A stretch of DNA of 64,000 bases from Setoptus koraiensis (Eukaryota > Animalia > Arthropoda): assembly GCA_048013815.1 (NCBI GenBank), contig CM106586.1, positions 20,212,001 to 20,276,000 on the forward strand, written 5' to 3'. Below the pieces are notes generated by a model. It had not been told where the DNA came from. It saw only the letters and a program-made list of their open reading frames with translations, and made no database searches. Position 1 is the first letter of the stretch. The number at the start of each line of letters is the position of its first letter. Positions 27,901 through 41,523 of the stretch are shown here, in pieces. Made by a program: the position numbers and the translations under genes.

Positions 27901-30900
27901 GCCATGTTACAACGTAACATGTTGTAACGCGGGCCCCAAGCCAGCCAGCAAGCGAGCCAGCCAGCCAGCCAGAAAGTGGCGCTGACCTACAATTGGCACT
28001 CTGTCCCGTTGCACACGTTATTACGCACACTGCGTAATACACGGCCCGGCCAGCTCGTTACATAACGCGCCGAGCTCGCCAAATGACGCGCCGAGCTCGC
28101 CAAATGACGTTGCTGGCGCAGCGTTTTGTTGCGCGTTGTAGTGCCGAATACAACAGCGAAATGAAACAACAAGGCCGCACAAACAAACGGAAACAGCGCG
28201 CTACAAAGTGTAAGTTTGAGCCGAGCGATGTTGTTGCTTCAATTACTGGCCGCTACGGGCCGCGGTGGCGCCGGCCGCCTAGCTGGCGGCAATTGGGGCC
28301 CCGCTCGCCAGCGAGATAAAATTGATTCAAAGTCGGCTCAGTTGCCAAAGATTGTCAGTGTGCGCGCTTTATCTTTATCTCTTTATCTCCTTTATTTTTT
28401 GCACAAACCATTTGAGTTGCTAAGCCATATCTCATCTCGCTGCCAGCGGTGGCGCCGTTATAGCCGGTTGTGGCGGGTTGTGGCCGGTTGTTGCCCGTTG
28501 TTGCCCGTTGTTGCCCGTTGTGTTATGATGGGGCCAGCCTCGCCAGATATGTACACATTGCATAAAAGCGAACAGCGACAGGGCGCATCACCAATCGATG
28601 ACCAATTGGCAAGCTCGCCGCCAATTGTTGTGGGCCCGGTGTTATCTAAAGCCGCGCATTGGCGCGCCGACATTACATATATATTATATGGCCGATATTA
28701 TATGTGCATTATATGGCCGATATCATACATATATATATAATATCAACATGGCCAATATATTTATATATATACATCTTGCGACATTGGCGAATGACATTGG
28801 CCGCGTACACAGTTCGGGTACACGGTCGGGTACACGGGCGGGTATGCGGTTGGGTGTGCGGCTGGCGGCCGGGCGCCGACAGCGGCGCGCAAAATATCCG
28901 ACCGCGACACTGCGCTCGCCGGCAACACATCCGGGTATGTGACGTGTATGACGTCGGTCGTGCACGACACAACGGCCTTATCTCGCCGTCGTGGTTGCCG
29001 CAAACCGGCGCCCGCCGCAGCAAACGGCCACTGCGAACCGCCGCAGCGAACCGCCGCCGGCCGGCCGGCATAATAAAGCACGGGCGACTCATGACTGTCG
29101 GCGTGGTTGTGCGCGACTGTGTGATATATGGCGCTGTGGAGCGGCGTAAATGAGCGCTCGGCGGCTTTAAACTCGCCGCAAACCCGAAGCGATTGACCGC
29201 TCGGCGCCACCGGGCCGGCTCGAGTGTCCGCCAACGGGCGCCCGCGGAATCAATTAAACACGACAATCGTTTGAAATTGAACTGCGGGCCCCTTTGTCCG
29301 GCTCGCTGTATCGACTGATGGCGCCCGGCAGCGGATAAAAGATGGACGAGCGCGCTATTCACAATGCAGCGCAGTGCCCCGAATGCTCGGCCTTTTGGGG
29401 CCTTTGGGGCCCTTTTGGGGCCCCGAGCTGGCGACACTTGTGTTTGGGGCCGGGCGGCCACAATTTTCAGCGACAATATTAAAACGCACGGTATCGCACC
29501 CGGGCGAAGGCGAGCCAGCGAAAGGTGCATTAGTTTGGGCTAGGTTAACTCGATATTAACTCAACATTGTTAATGTTCAACGATGGAGCGCCCGCGCGGT
29601 CTGATCCGGATTTGCGGATTTGAATGTGTGTGTGTGCCATTACATTGTGCCATAAATCATGTCACTATCGATTACGCTGGCGAGCGCCCAAATTTCGCCA
29701 GTGTACCCCGGTGCCCAGTGCGCCAGAGCTGCGTGCCCCGTCGCTGAAACGGGCCTATCGGGCACAGTATTTGTCGCGCACACCGGGCCGCTTACAAACG
29801 CAGTAATTAGGTCAGTGGTCGCTAGGCGCTCAACGACCACTCATATGGCCGCCCAAAGGTACCCTCCCCTGGCGGCGGTTCAGCGCAGCTTGGCTGGCGC
29901 ATTTGCATAGTGGCTAATGGTCAATTCATTGCAATTGTCTATGGTCGCGCATTGTCGTCTCGGCCCGCTCGCCAGTGTGGGCCGGCATGCGAATCTCGTA
30001 TGATAATGGCGGATGACGGGATAGATTCACTAACATAAATAATTGATTTGTGGCGCGCTATCAGTCGAGTGGCATTGTTGCCGTTGCACTCCGACGAACA
30101 CAATCCGATTATCGGCGCTCGCCAGACGATTTGCATACTTTTCAACCATTTAAACTATTGTCAACGACTCACGGCCCGCCGGAATGCCGCGCGGTCCCGA
30201 GCAGCGGATCGCGCGGCCGACAGAACGAGCCAGGTTTGCGAGTCACTCAAGCTCAATTGAGATCGAAATCAAGAGTCGTGTAAAATTACCGTGTATCATT
30301 TATGATGAACTCGCCAAAAACAAGTGATGTTAACGCGACAACAAGCCTTTGCGCTGGCCATCATGGCACCACTGCATACGACACTGTAATCGCGGACAGT
30401 TGTTCACTTCCGGCCCGCAGCGAGCACTTGTTGTGGCGGGTTGCTGTTGTTGTTGGTGGTGCCTGCTGTTCGGATCCGGCCCGACGCGATCAAGATGGAA
30501 CAACGATAAATATGCGCGCGGGCGCGCGGGATAAATTGGCCAGGGGGATCTTCGGAACACACACACACACACGCTATCAGACAATCATTGAGCGGGCAAT
30601 CAAGTGCGATTAAGTGGATTTATTCTTGGTCGCTTATCTTGCTGTACAGCAGCTTTGCCAGTCCGCAAACAAATTGGCTCGCCAGCTGGTGCAAGTCGGC
30701 GAGTATCCGACCCGACCGATGATAATCTTCAAACCTCTACAACAACACCGCCGGGCTCGTTGGGGCCCGGCTCGCACAACAAGAGGGGTCCGGCTCGCAC
30801 AACAAGAGGGGCCCAGGTTAATGACGGAAATCATTGTTTGGCAAGGGCAAGTGTTTGTACCAGGGGGCAGGCGGGCAGGCTGGCTGGCCGCGCTAGCAAA

Positions 30901-33900
30901 TGGCGGACAGATAATATTGTTGCATCGGCGACGGCCGCGCCGGCCGGCTGGCCGGCTAATGTGGCACCTCAAGTGGCACCTTGGGCACTTTGAAAGCCGT
31001 TGTCTCAGTGAGCGAACGGTCTCTGTTTGTGCGCGGGCTATCATCAACTGGCAACGCGGCGGATAATGCCACTCGAGATTTGGGCAAACTGCGGGCCTCA
31101 GTGACTGCCAGTCGGCTCACAGTCGGCTGGCTGAATTAAAAAGCAGGCCCGTGCACATTGTGCGCCATTACATAATATCACAATGATAACAATGATTGCG
31201 CGCTCCCAATTACATAACACAATTATGTCACAATTATTTTACGCTCCAAAATGCGTGCCGTCCAGCACGAAGGGGCTCGTTAGGGCCCTGGCCTCGTCGT
31301 TGGGCTCGGCGGCTCGCGCTCGTCGTTGAGCTCGGTGGCTCGCAGTCGGTCGTTGACGTTTGAGTCTCAATAGTTTGAGCGGCCTGCAAACAACTCAAAC
31401 TATTGAGATCGGTCTGACACGGGTCTTGAACAATTCACTCAGCAGCCGGGCAAATTTTTGATTATTTTCTCGTCCGCTCGCTCTGCCCGATTCAGTTTAG
31501 TTGTCATTATTTGTTATATTGTCTCGCCGATGTTTCGAGTGTGCGTGTGAGTCGGGACACACACACACGCATAAGCGGCGGCAAGCCAGTTGGGGCCCCG
31601 GTCGCCCCAGCAGCCAGTCGAGTGCGGGCCCAAATCTGGTGGCGGCAACTTAAACTGCGGCTCGCTAGGGTTTGCGCTGAGAAGTTGCTGGCCAGGCTGG
31701 CCAGATTTGGACAGCCAGCGCGAGCTGGGCGCAGTCACCGAGGCCAAATGGGTGCGCCGAGACAGGATAGCGAAAATTTGTTGTGTGAGGCGCCGGGCCG
31801 CGTTAGTTTCCTGTTTCGAGCTGCTGCGCCCGAGACGCGCAGCAAACGCTGGGCCAGCTCTCTCTCTCTCTCTGTCTCTGTCTCTCTCTGGGGCCCGCAG
31901 TCCCACTTTAGACGGGCCTCTTTTCCGCCACGTACACGTACGCGCACACGCACGCACACACACACACACGCACACGCACACCAACTGGCGACTTGATAAG
32001 TGTGTGTCAGTGTTTCGGGCGCTGCCAAGTGGCGAATCTTTTTCTTTCTTTCTCATTCTCTTTATCTTACACGAATGTTATTGTTCTTGTGTGTCGTGTT
32101 ATCTGGCCCCGCTGGCAACCTTTGGCCAGCTCGCCGCTTGCAGCCAGCGACGGCTGGCCGGGCCCCGAGCCACGGTAATGGACGCCAAATGAAATGAAAC
32201 GATCTGATTTAATACGGCCTGTACAGCGTCGGCCGTGTCACTCGTGCCCGGCCAGCTCGCCACACAGATGAGGCCCCTGGCTGTCGGCTGGCAGTTGGCT
32301 GGCTGTTGGCTGGCCGTTGGCTGGCTGCCTATTTACAATTGAATCATCAAATGACTCGTCGAGAGCTCGCTGAGCCTTCTACAAATGCCACTGGGAAATG
32401 GCCGCCTGACAGGGCACACTAAGCCCGCAGCAAATCTTCTATCATCAGTCTAACAATTGTCAATTGTAGGTTAGATTATGAGAGACAACAACAGCTCATG
32501 CGATTGCGTCTTGTCGAGCGGCCATTGTCTGCCACTGGCGGCTATAACTAGCGTAATATTTCCTATGCCTGCCCGTGGCCCACCATTAGCGGCCAGCCGA
32601 GGCCCCAGTCGATGCCACAAACCGCTAAGCTAGCCAGCGGCCAGTCTGAGCCCGTCGCCAGACTCACTATCGCGCGCCTCTGTGTCCGTCTGTCTGTCCG
32701 TCCGTCCGTCCGTCCGTCGGTCTGTGTGTCGGCCCCAGCGAGGGCCCCGTTTTTTTAATCTGCGTCTCGAGTCGGCGGCGGCCAGTCGACTCTTGACCAT
32801 AATTACGGCCTACGACAGCTAAACTCACTCAAATCGTGTGTGACTTTGTCACATAAGATGATGGCTCCAGCTGGGCCCATTATCGAATCACTGCCACAAT
32901 TGACCCTTAATTATGTCTATAGGCCGCACTGTCCGCACATGTCTGGACATATCTGGACATATCTGGACACTCATATATATATATATATATTTGGCCGTGT
33001 ATATCTGGCTTATATATTTGGCTGTACATGTTTTGATATAATTGGCCAGCCAGTGACATAATTGAGCAGCAAACAAGCGCTTGCTTGCGACGTGTAACTG
33101 TTCGGTTAACCCGGTGAGCGAGCGATATTATTGTGGTGCTGATGATCATTGTAGAGATCATGCAAACAAGAAATCAACGAGCAAAAGAAATAGGAAGAGC
33201 GAGAGCAAAAGGAAAAAATGATCTTGCCAGCTGACATTAATTATAAATACATTGATGATGTTGTTTGTGAGTTAATGAAAATTCTGTCACAACAAACAAC
33301 AACTTGCATGAGCGTTTACAACGCGCGTTAGTTTATCTCAAGGCAATCATCGTCAAGTGTAATCCAACCAAATTACGCTACTCCAGGCTGTCGCTAGACG
33401 CCAGCCTGCCAACAGTGTGTGTGTGTGTGTTTTGCTTTGATTATGATTATGTAATCCCGTCGTCGGCGTCGTCGGCGTCGTAATACCAGATTCCAGCAAC
33501 TTGATTGTGGCAGCCAACCAAGCTGCCACAACCCTGGTGACATGCACAACATAATAATAATGATGAAACAAACACCATACTTAATGGTCAACTCACAACT
33601 TGCTCGCGAGCCAACCAAACTGACGCCCTTTTTGTTGGTGTTTAAACGAAACGACAAAAGATGATGGCGACTGCTACATTGATTTAATCTATCAGCTATA
33701 GATATAATTAATTATTTTCATCATTATGCCCGAAGCTCAGTCTGGGTGAGTTTTGTTCGGGCACCATCAGCGCACACGCTGTGGGCGCTGTCATGGATTC
33801 GTATACACGTATAGAGTAACTTCTGGTTGGCTTGTATTGAATAGAAAATCCCGAAATAATTCAGTTTGTTGGCTAATATTGATCGACAGCAAAGAAAGAA

Positions 33901-34173
33901 CAGACGACCCCAGTCCCTAAATAGAGACAATGCTCGCAACAGCGACGGATAAATTATTGAGCAAATGCCAAATGATAGAGACTTCGCGATACAGACTCCA
34001 TGATAGATACTCTAGTCACTAGTCTAGTGATGGCTCACCAGCCATCCACTAGTACAAAACAGTTGCTGAATAACTGATGATGCAAGATAGATGCCCGATA
34101 CAACACAGACTGCAAATGTTTATTTTGCATCATTTTTATTGTATCCTTTATCAAACTATTAATTCCACCAACA

Positions 34174-37149
34174 TCAGGGGCCTATTTGTGATTCGTATAT
34201 CGTCAGTGTTTTGCCATCGAATAACAGATTGTACAATGGCAGGGGCACCGACAAATCCGATTGTTCAATTTGTTCTGGAAAGTGAAAGTAGTGTCGCTGA
34301 TCGCTTGGACCAGTGCCACTATCGGCCGTATTCTCTCTATGACTGGGACCAAACTCTTCTAGGAACCTTCTGATATTTTCTGTCAGCTCATCTGTGGATT
34401 TTATCAATTTATCCAGTCTATACAATAACATACAGCATTTTGCCATTGGGGAAGAAAACAGAAACATATATATATACAGCTGTTAGTGGTCATGAAAAGA
34501 ATTGGATAATAGAAAATACATTAAAATGTGCAAGCAGCAAGATACTTACGATCGTGAATCGCAGAGCTTCATTCGGCTAATGCGATCTCTGACTTGCTTA
34601 TTTAAAAATCTGTCGAATAGCGGAACTCCAAAATGGCAGTCGAACAGGGTGTAACTCATGTTTGATTCGGGCTTTGGCTCACAACTATCATCTTTCGAGC
34701 ATTTGATACTTTTGGCCTGTTCTCGGCTTGTTTCGGAGCTGTTCGTCTGCTGTCGGCGGGATTCATGATAATTATTGCCAGTATCCGAAACATCATCACA
34801 ATTGCATGATGTTCGCGAACGCAACAATGTAATGTAACCACATATTCGTGTCAAATCTAAACATTCGCTCAGTTTGACGACTATTGGACTGGCTTCGTAA
34901 TCTTCCCTAGTTTCTTTCATTGAATTTTTGCCACTTTCTTCATTATTGGTGGTATCACCCATTATTTCGGAATGTTTATCATCATTATTGCTGGATGTCG
35001 TCGCTATGTTGGCGTCGTTTCCTTTCAAATTTATCATGTCCTGTCTATCGTCTGCTAATCCATTCAATGACGAACTAAGTGGCAACGGCACAAATATTTT
35101 CTCTCTACCATTCATAAGATTACCACCTTGAGGTTGAATGGGGTAGGCTTGAATAAGAACAGGGAAATGAATTAAAGTTTCATTGATTGTCATCAAGGCG
35201 CCACATATCGGAACATAGCTGGAGTCTCTATTCCAAGGTGTTATGAGAACACAATCATATCGATAGAAAATCTCAGGTAAATGTGTCAATCGATAGCCGC
35301 GCGACAATAGCAAAGATGGAGGTCCGTAGCCGGTGACGTGATAAATGTACAGTTTGAACCACAGTGAATTCACTAGTGGAGATCCTGGACCTAAATGGGG
35401 CAAACCATTGACGGCATTTAGTTTGACCTCGTGACTTAATGGCGCAGTTGAAATAATGAGATGATAGTTTTTCTTCAGTAATCTTTGACAAGAGCTTGCG
35501 TCTAAATTGGCCAGACTTTCCACCCTTACAAGATCCAAACCGATCCGCTGCTCAGTTACATCATCACTAGCTTGGTTAGCGACGCTGGGATCCTGGTCAC
35601 TCGACAAATTTGTGTTGCTTTTAGTGGCGTCAGAGAATATATCCGATACTAAGTGCATGTCAGTTCTAATGTACTGTATAGTCCTGTATAGCATTAAGGC
35701 GTGTATATAGTAACGTTTGGCTTCAAATCCATCGTCCTCCATGGATTTATCCTTGATCTTAGATAGCTCTAATAACAAGCTATCGATTGATTCGTCTGGC
35801 AATTTTCCCACTTCGAACATAGTGACGGCATGATTTTTGAGTTTGGAGCTAAGATTGCCCATCATGAGAAAGGCGGCTAATGTGGAATCGTAGAAGAAGA
35901 CAATTTTCTTAGTGTTTGTTGTTACAACTTGACTATGAGCATTCAGAATCAGTGAGCTAGGCGAAGTATTTATCGATTTCCTGCGGGCTAATTGTTGCGC
36001 TGATGATGATGCGGGAATTTTTTTCAAATCACTTTGGTTACTTGCGTTACTTTGGCTGGATTCTAGCGAGTTTGTGAGGTCGTCGCCGGTATTTACTATA
36101 GTTCCATGATCCGTGTCTACAGTAGATGCCAGTTCGCTCATGAATTCTGACATTCGATATTTTGGAATGGGTAGTTGGCGCCACGAAGCATGACATTGTT
36201 CTAGATTGACGCCGATGTTTTTCTTGTAGGCAAAGCCTAGCCTACAGTACATTGAGACGGCATTCTTGACTAGCTGCGTGTCTATTTGCAATATATGTGA
36301 TAATTCAAGAACTGATGTATTTTGATCTATTGATACAAATATTTTGTATAACAACGTCTCAAAATAGTCGCCAGTGACTCTATTCATGACGAAGCCCTCC
36401 AAAGGTGGCACAACTATGAGATCTTCATCATAAATTGGCACATCTAGATAAACTAGACCTTTTAGATAGAGAGAACGAACGCATTTTTCGTCCACCTCAC
36501 AGGCTCTAATTTGATTGGTCATACCATCGGGCGACACTAGTTTGTCTATGATAAACTTTTCAGTTGGTGACACCATAAATCTGACATCGTCCTCTGTAAT
36601 GTAGCCAGCATTAACTAGCCACCACGGCTCTATTGAGATCGTTTCACTTGGCTTCATCGGCAGAACATCTCTAACGTTCTTCTTCACTCCAATGCCCAAG
36701 AATTTTCTATGTGTCGAACGTAACTGATTCATAATATCTATGTATTGATTTCTGCCAATGCCCAATAAACGCAAACAATCAGCCGCCGTAAAATTGGGCA
36801 ATGTGTCATAACTTTTCTCTTGATCTATGATCTGCGTGATTGTTGATAAATAATATTGGAATGGTGTGACACGCATGCCAGTTATAATAAAATCAGATAA
36901 ATGATATGGAAATAGCATGAGATGATCGCGGCTGTATTTAAGTAACTCCTCATAATATTCTCTTTCGTCTTTCTTTACATAACGCACCAGATTGCCCCTG
37001 TATCGAAGTTGATTTTTTATGCTATATTGAATGACTCTCTTATCGTATTCTTGGCTGCTTCCAATGAGGTCCTTCATTCGATTGTCCAAATCGAGCCACT
37101 TCTTTTGGCTCAATATGCAAGCCTCGATTTGTGATTCTATTAGCGCCAT
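34174..37149 (-). CDS. FAM91A1: FAM91A1 family protein (WDR11-FAM91A1 vesicle tethering complex subunit), ~947 aa
   Basis: N-terminus YSIKNQLRYRGNLVRYVKKDEREYYEELLKYSRDHLMLFPYHLSD and C-terminal VPLPLYNLLFDGK match FAM91A1 as I recall it. Model complement(join(34174..34417,34550..37149)). Intron 34418-34549 is GTAAGT...TATAG, phase 2, and restores the frame (..DSRS|LDKLIK..). Confidence 0.95.
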
Positions 37150-38730
37150 ATTGCTTCTTGGTTAAGCCAGCTACATCAAAACGATGGTGCAACATCAAAT
37201 ATAGCTTTTTCTTTGCAGTTCCAACAGTGCAACAATATCTGATGATTTAGTTTGATGGAATTTGTGGCGATTTTGAAGGTTCTCCAATAAAAATACTGTG
37301 TTAATAACAACAGCGATGACCATGTGATGATTTTCCGTACATCTTCTGTGCACATTGACAGGTGGGCGTCAAAATAAGTTATCTCGATTAGCTATTAGGC
37401 GTTGATTATCAATAGTGTCTTGCAGCAGATTTTACACGAACCACAAACAAGGATAAATATGGAGTCTCAACCTTGTGTTGATCGGAGGTACAACATGGGT
37501 AATTTTTATTTTGACAAATCAGGCATCCGTCAGATATTTTCATTGTGGCATAATTAGAAATCATATGATCGATCGGCGTTTCGAAAAAATTCAAAACTCG
37601 CACTCAAATTGAATCGTGAGAGCATGCGCAGGCCGTGCCCACGAATATTTGGTGGGATTTTTTAGTTCTTTTTTCTTTTCTTTTCTTCATCACTTCGAAT
37701 TTCGACCACAACAATGGTATTACAACATTGTATGTATAAACTAAAACTGTCAGATTGCCGCAATGAATTCTTTCACCTTTATTGTTGTACCAACAAGCTC
37801 GGGTAGTTCGCATGTTGCTTATTCGAGATTTCTTTTTTCTATTTGTTACACTTGAACAATTTGTGATTATTTCAGTCTGTGTCTCGGCAATAATCTCTTC
37901 GATTCTGAACTTGACCGAATTTGGAAGTTTGGCAATCGTGGGCTATGGTCTCCTCTTATGATTAGGCAATGAGCAATGAGGACGAAGTGCTTGAGTTGAT
38001 AGCAGCACAAGATGTAAAAATTGATGAGAAAAAACTGAGCAATAGTAGAACAGTCAGTAAAATTTTCTAGAATTTTATTTAGTTTTGGAATGCTGTCAAC
38101 ATTGTCATTACAGGTATTTGTTATCTCATAAGAAGACTGCTCGATAGATCATAATATGAGCGCGACTATAGCGCAAAAACATCACCCAAATCAACAATAC
38201 AATGCGCCAAAAATCTTGATGTTCATTCTCGATATAACGACCAACCAAAAGTCCATGGCAACTTCCGGTGGCAACAATTACATCTCGAACGATGCCGATC
38301 TAGCTTTGTTATTATGTTGCCCTAAAGCCCTGTCTCAACTAGTTGTGAAACGTTTCGAACCGATATTTTCAGAGGAATTATGAGGGCCGGACTAACGCTA
38401 ATCATTCCTATCTATGATTTGATTACTGCTCACAGTATGGATAAGATCTAATAATTTCTGCATCTTTTCATCGGGCATGAGGGTTGATTGAAAGACGAGT
38501 TGGCTAAAAGTTGCACGAAAGCCGCGGACAAACCCGACTCCTCCATTCAACTATCATTCGACGGAAGTGTTCACAGTTGTTATTTTCGTTTCATTTTATC
38601 CGTTTGACGTCACAGTTACTACTGTATTGCATTAGTAGGCAACAACGATAGCGTTGGTCGTATAGGCGCGATACCGGTGCGCTGCATCGTACAAATGTGA
38701 GCATATCTAGAGTTTATCTTTTATGCTAAC

Positions 38731-38760
38731 CATTGTTACTAACAAGTTGTAAGAGGCTCA
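38731..38760 (+). repeat. 30-bp dispersed direct repeat, copy 1 (CATTGTTACTAACAAGTTGTAAGAGGCTCA)
   Basis: 29/30 identical to 42910-42939. Confidence 0.9.
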
Positions 38761-41523
38761 CAAAGAGAGAAACAAAGAAGACAGATTTGCACACATAATG
38801 GAAACGTTGGAGAGGTTACATCATCAGCTCGTCGCTAGAAAAACAAACGAGCTAGCAATCGCGAGAGAGAGAGAGAAGTGAACAGTTTCGTAGAATCCTA
38901 ACCTTTATATTATTATCCGTATCTTGATTTGTGCCATGAGCAATCAACATCAATTCAGAAGCCGACCAACTAACGACTGTAAGTGCAACAAGCAACGGCG
39001 CTAGCAGCAGCAGCAATAATAATAATAATGATTTTCAGACATTCTCACAGACGAACACACATTTACATGTTTAAATAAATTAGAACAGACACAAATTAAA
39101 AGATAGATAGACATATATACCTAATCATGACTGGCTGGCTGACTGACTGACTGAAATGACAGCCAGACAAGCATACAGATGGCATAACATTTAGGTATAG
39201 CAATTGTACTATTATTAGACGCAGCGAAAAATATAATAATAATAATAGTAGTGGTAATAATCTCATGTGTTGCATCGTTGCCATGATCGCCGTTGCTACT
39301 TGGCAGGACCGAGGATAAAGCGGCGGATAAGATGGAAGTGTTCACGCATCAAACAAGCTGTTAATCTCACGCCGGAATCGTCGCTATGTAACGCCGCGAG
39401 TCGTCGCTATGTAACGCCGCAAATGAGGGACCATGTCATCGTGATGATTTCAGTTTGTTAGAGCAAAAAGAAATAAGAATAATAATAATCATCATCATCA
39501 TCAACATGATCATCATATGCCTAATGCCAGCAAGAGACAGGCAACAAGGCAGCCATTATTGTTGTTAATGTTTATATCATCAGCTGCATTGTTGTTCAGT
39601 CTTGTTATTTCTCGCAGACAAAATTATTATCGTTATTCAATGTTTTCGTAGCAGCATCGCAACAATCACAGTCAGAGTGTGCGCCTTGTGTCTGACTTGA
39701 ACTTTTATCTCTCTCTAATACATTTGTGTGTCGATTACATAAGACTAACTACGTTTAATTCTACAGCTCGAGTACATGTAGATAGACAGATAGCTCAAAG
39801 TTTCTCGGGTCGCGAGTTTCTCCCGTTGGAACAAGCGCTAGAAGAATGGCAGATATTGTGTGAGATTGTAAACATTTCTGGGCCATAGAGCGAGTGTGTA
39901 ATCTTTTGTTATTGAGCATGAGACGAGGAGAAAAAGGAGGAGGAGGAGGGCGAAAAAGAATTAAGTTTCAGTTAGCTTCGGCTGTCCTCCTTCTTCGTTG
40001 TTGCCTGCCTCTTAATATACACATCTTCCGAGTCGCTGTATGTTATGTAAATGTTGGCCCTCGTCGTCGTCGTCATAGTCGTCTACTGCTTGTTTCCTAG
40101 AATGCCCAATGTTGTAGCAGGCAAGCTTATAAAGAGATCACTTTTCAGCATGATAAGAGGAAGCAACGAAATAAGGGCCAACCGCAAGAAGAAAATGGCA
40201 AATAATTGGTTTGAACTTCGATGAAGCAAAGATAATCAGACAAGCCATAGAGAGAAACGTATACATGAGCCAGTAGTATTTATCTATGTGTTTTTCCGAT
40301 GTTTTCGTTGCATTAATAAGTTGCAATTGTACATTTAAATGCTTTCGCCTAGTTGCTCAGTTTCGTTTCGATCCCCTTTTTTTTTGATATTATATTATTA
40401 CTACTGTTGCTGCTGCTGCCGCTGGATGATATGATGATCAACGCACAATGACGATCATCAAATCACGACACGACAAACAGTTAACAAGAATCAAACACAA
40501 AGAATGACAGAAATTTCTAGTTCAAGCCACGCAAGCGGCGAGCAAAACATTCTCATCAATTAATTCGTGCATAATCAAGTGTGTTAGCTGGAAATTTAAC
40601 TAATATAATCATGTCGATTACGCTGTTAGCAAGATTATAAAGGTGTCAAACACACCTTTGTATATAATGTGTCTTGCTATGAACAAACAGAAAAGATGCT
40701 TACATTGCATCAACACCTACCAAACCTAATTAGCATCATCGCAATCATCACCAATCAGTTAATATGAGCATCGAAGCGCCGCGATTAGCGCTATAGTCAA
40801 TCGTAGCTTGCTGTTATGCTTGCTGCGAATTCAAATGAGACAATAATTAAACAAAGACACCAACAACAACATCCGGATAGTGACCGTTATCAACGAGCGG
40901 CCAGATCATCATCAGCGTCGTCGTCGTCTTCACCCACAAGTATTCATCGGCATGGCCACAACGACCATTCTATTGTGTCACCAATTTTGTATAGGCCTAC
41001 ATTGATATCCAGCCTAGCTCACCATCATTTGCTTCATCACAATCATCATCATCAGCACCCCTCAAACGATCACAAACTCGCCCCCAAGAGAATAGTGCCC
41101 CAATCAACAAGTGTCTTATCAAATGTTTTATTGTCTAACAGATTCATCGCTTATGCCGAACAATCAGCTTATCACAATGGAATTACCTATGCCCCATTGC
41201 CATCAGCAGTGCCACTACTATCACAATCAACAACAGCAAAGAATTGCGCCCTCGTAAAGATAGCACCCACTGCAAATAAATTACGATTACAGCATCAAAA
41301 AAGATTATACAGCTTGTGTCCAACACAGCATCAGATTGACTTGAGGTACCGTCGTTATTTCAAGAATCGTACCTATTGCGATCTAATCAGTCGTTGTGGC
41401 AATAGGGGACTTGCTATAGATAATTCAAAATTAAGTAGTGCATTGATCAATCACCAAAATATTCATACTGCTCATGGTGGAGGTGGCACTGGCTCTGATT
41501 GGCCACATCACAGCTCTATAGAG

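Noticed and set aside
30064-32550. Candidate plus-strand exons with CTAAC branch points, the last reading LDYERQQQLMRLRL
   Set aside because: LDYE resembles a cadherin motif but the flanking residues do not fit, and the exon chain is unsupported.
37618-37635. GAGCATGCGCAG resembling an NRF1/EWG site upstream of FAM91A1
   Set aside because: It is a single imperfect short motif that cannot be distinguished from chance.
37700-38500. Short coding-looking segments on both strands upstream of FAM91A1 (MSNEDEVLEL..., MPDEKMQKLL...)
   Set aside because: Every splice combination tried met an early stop or gave nothing recognisable; it needs RNA data.
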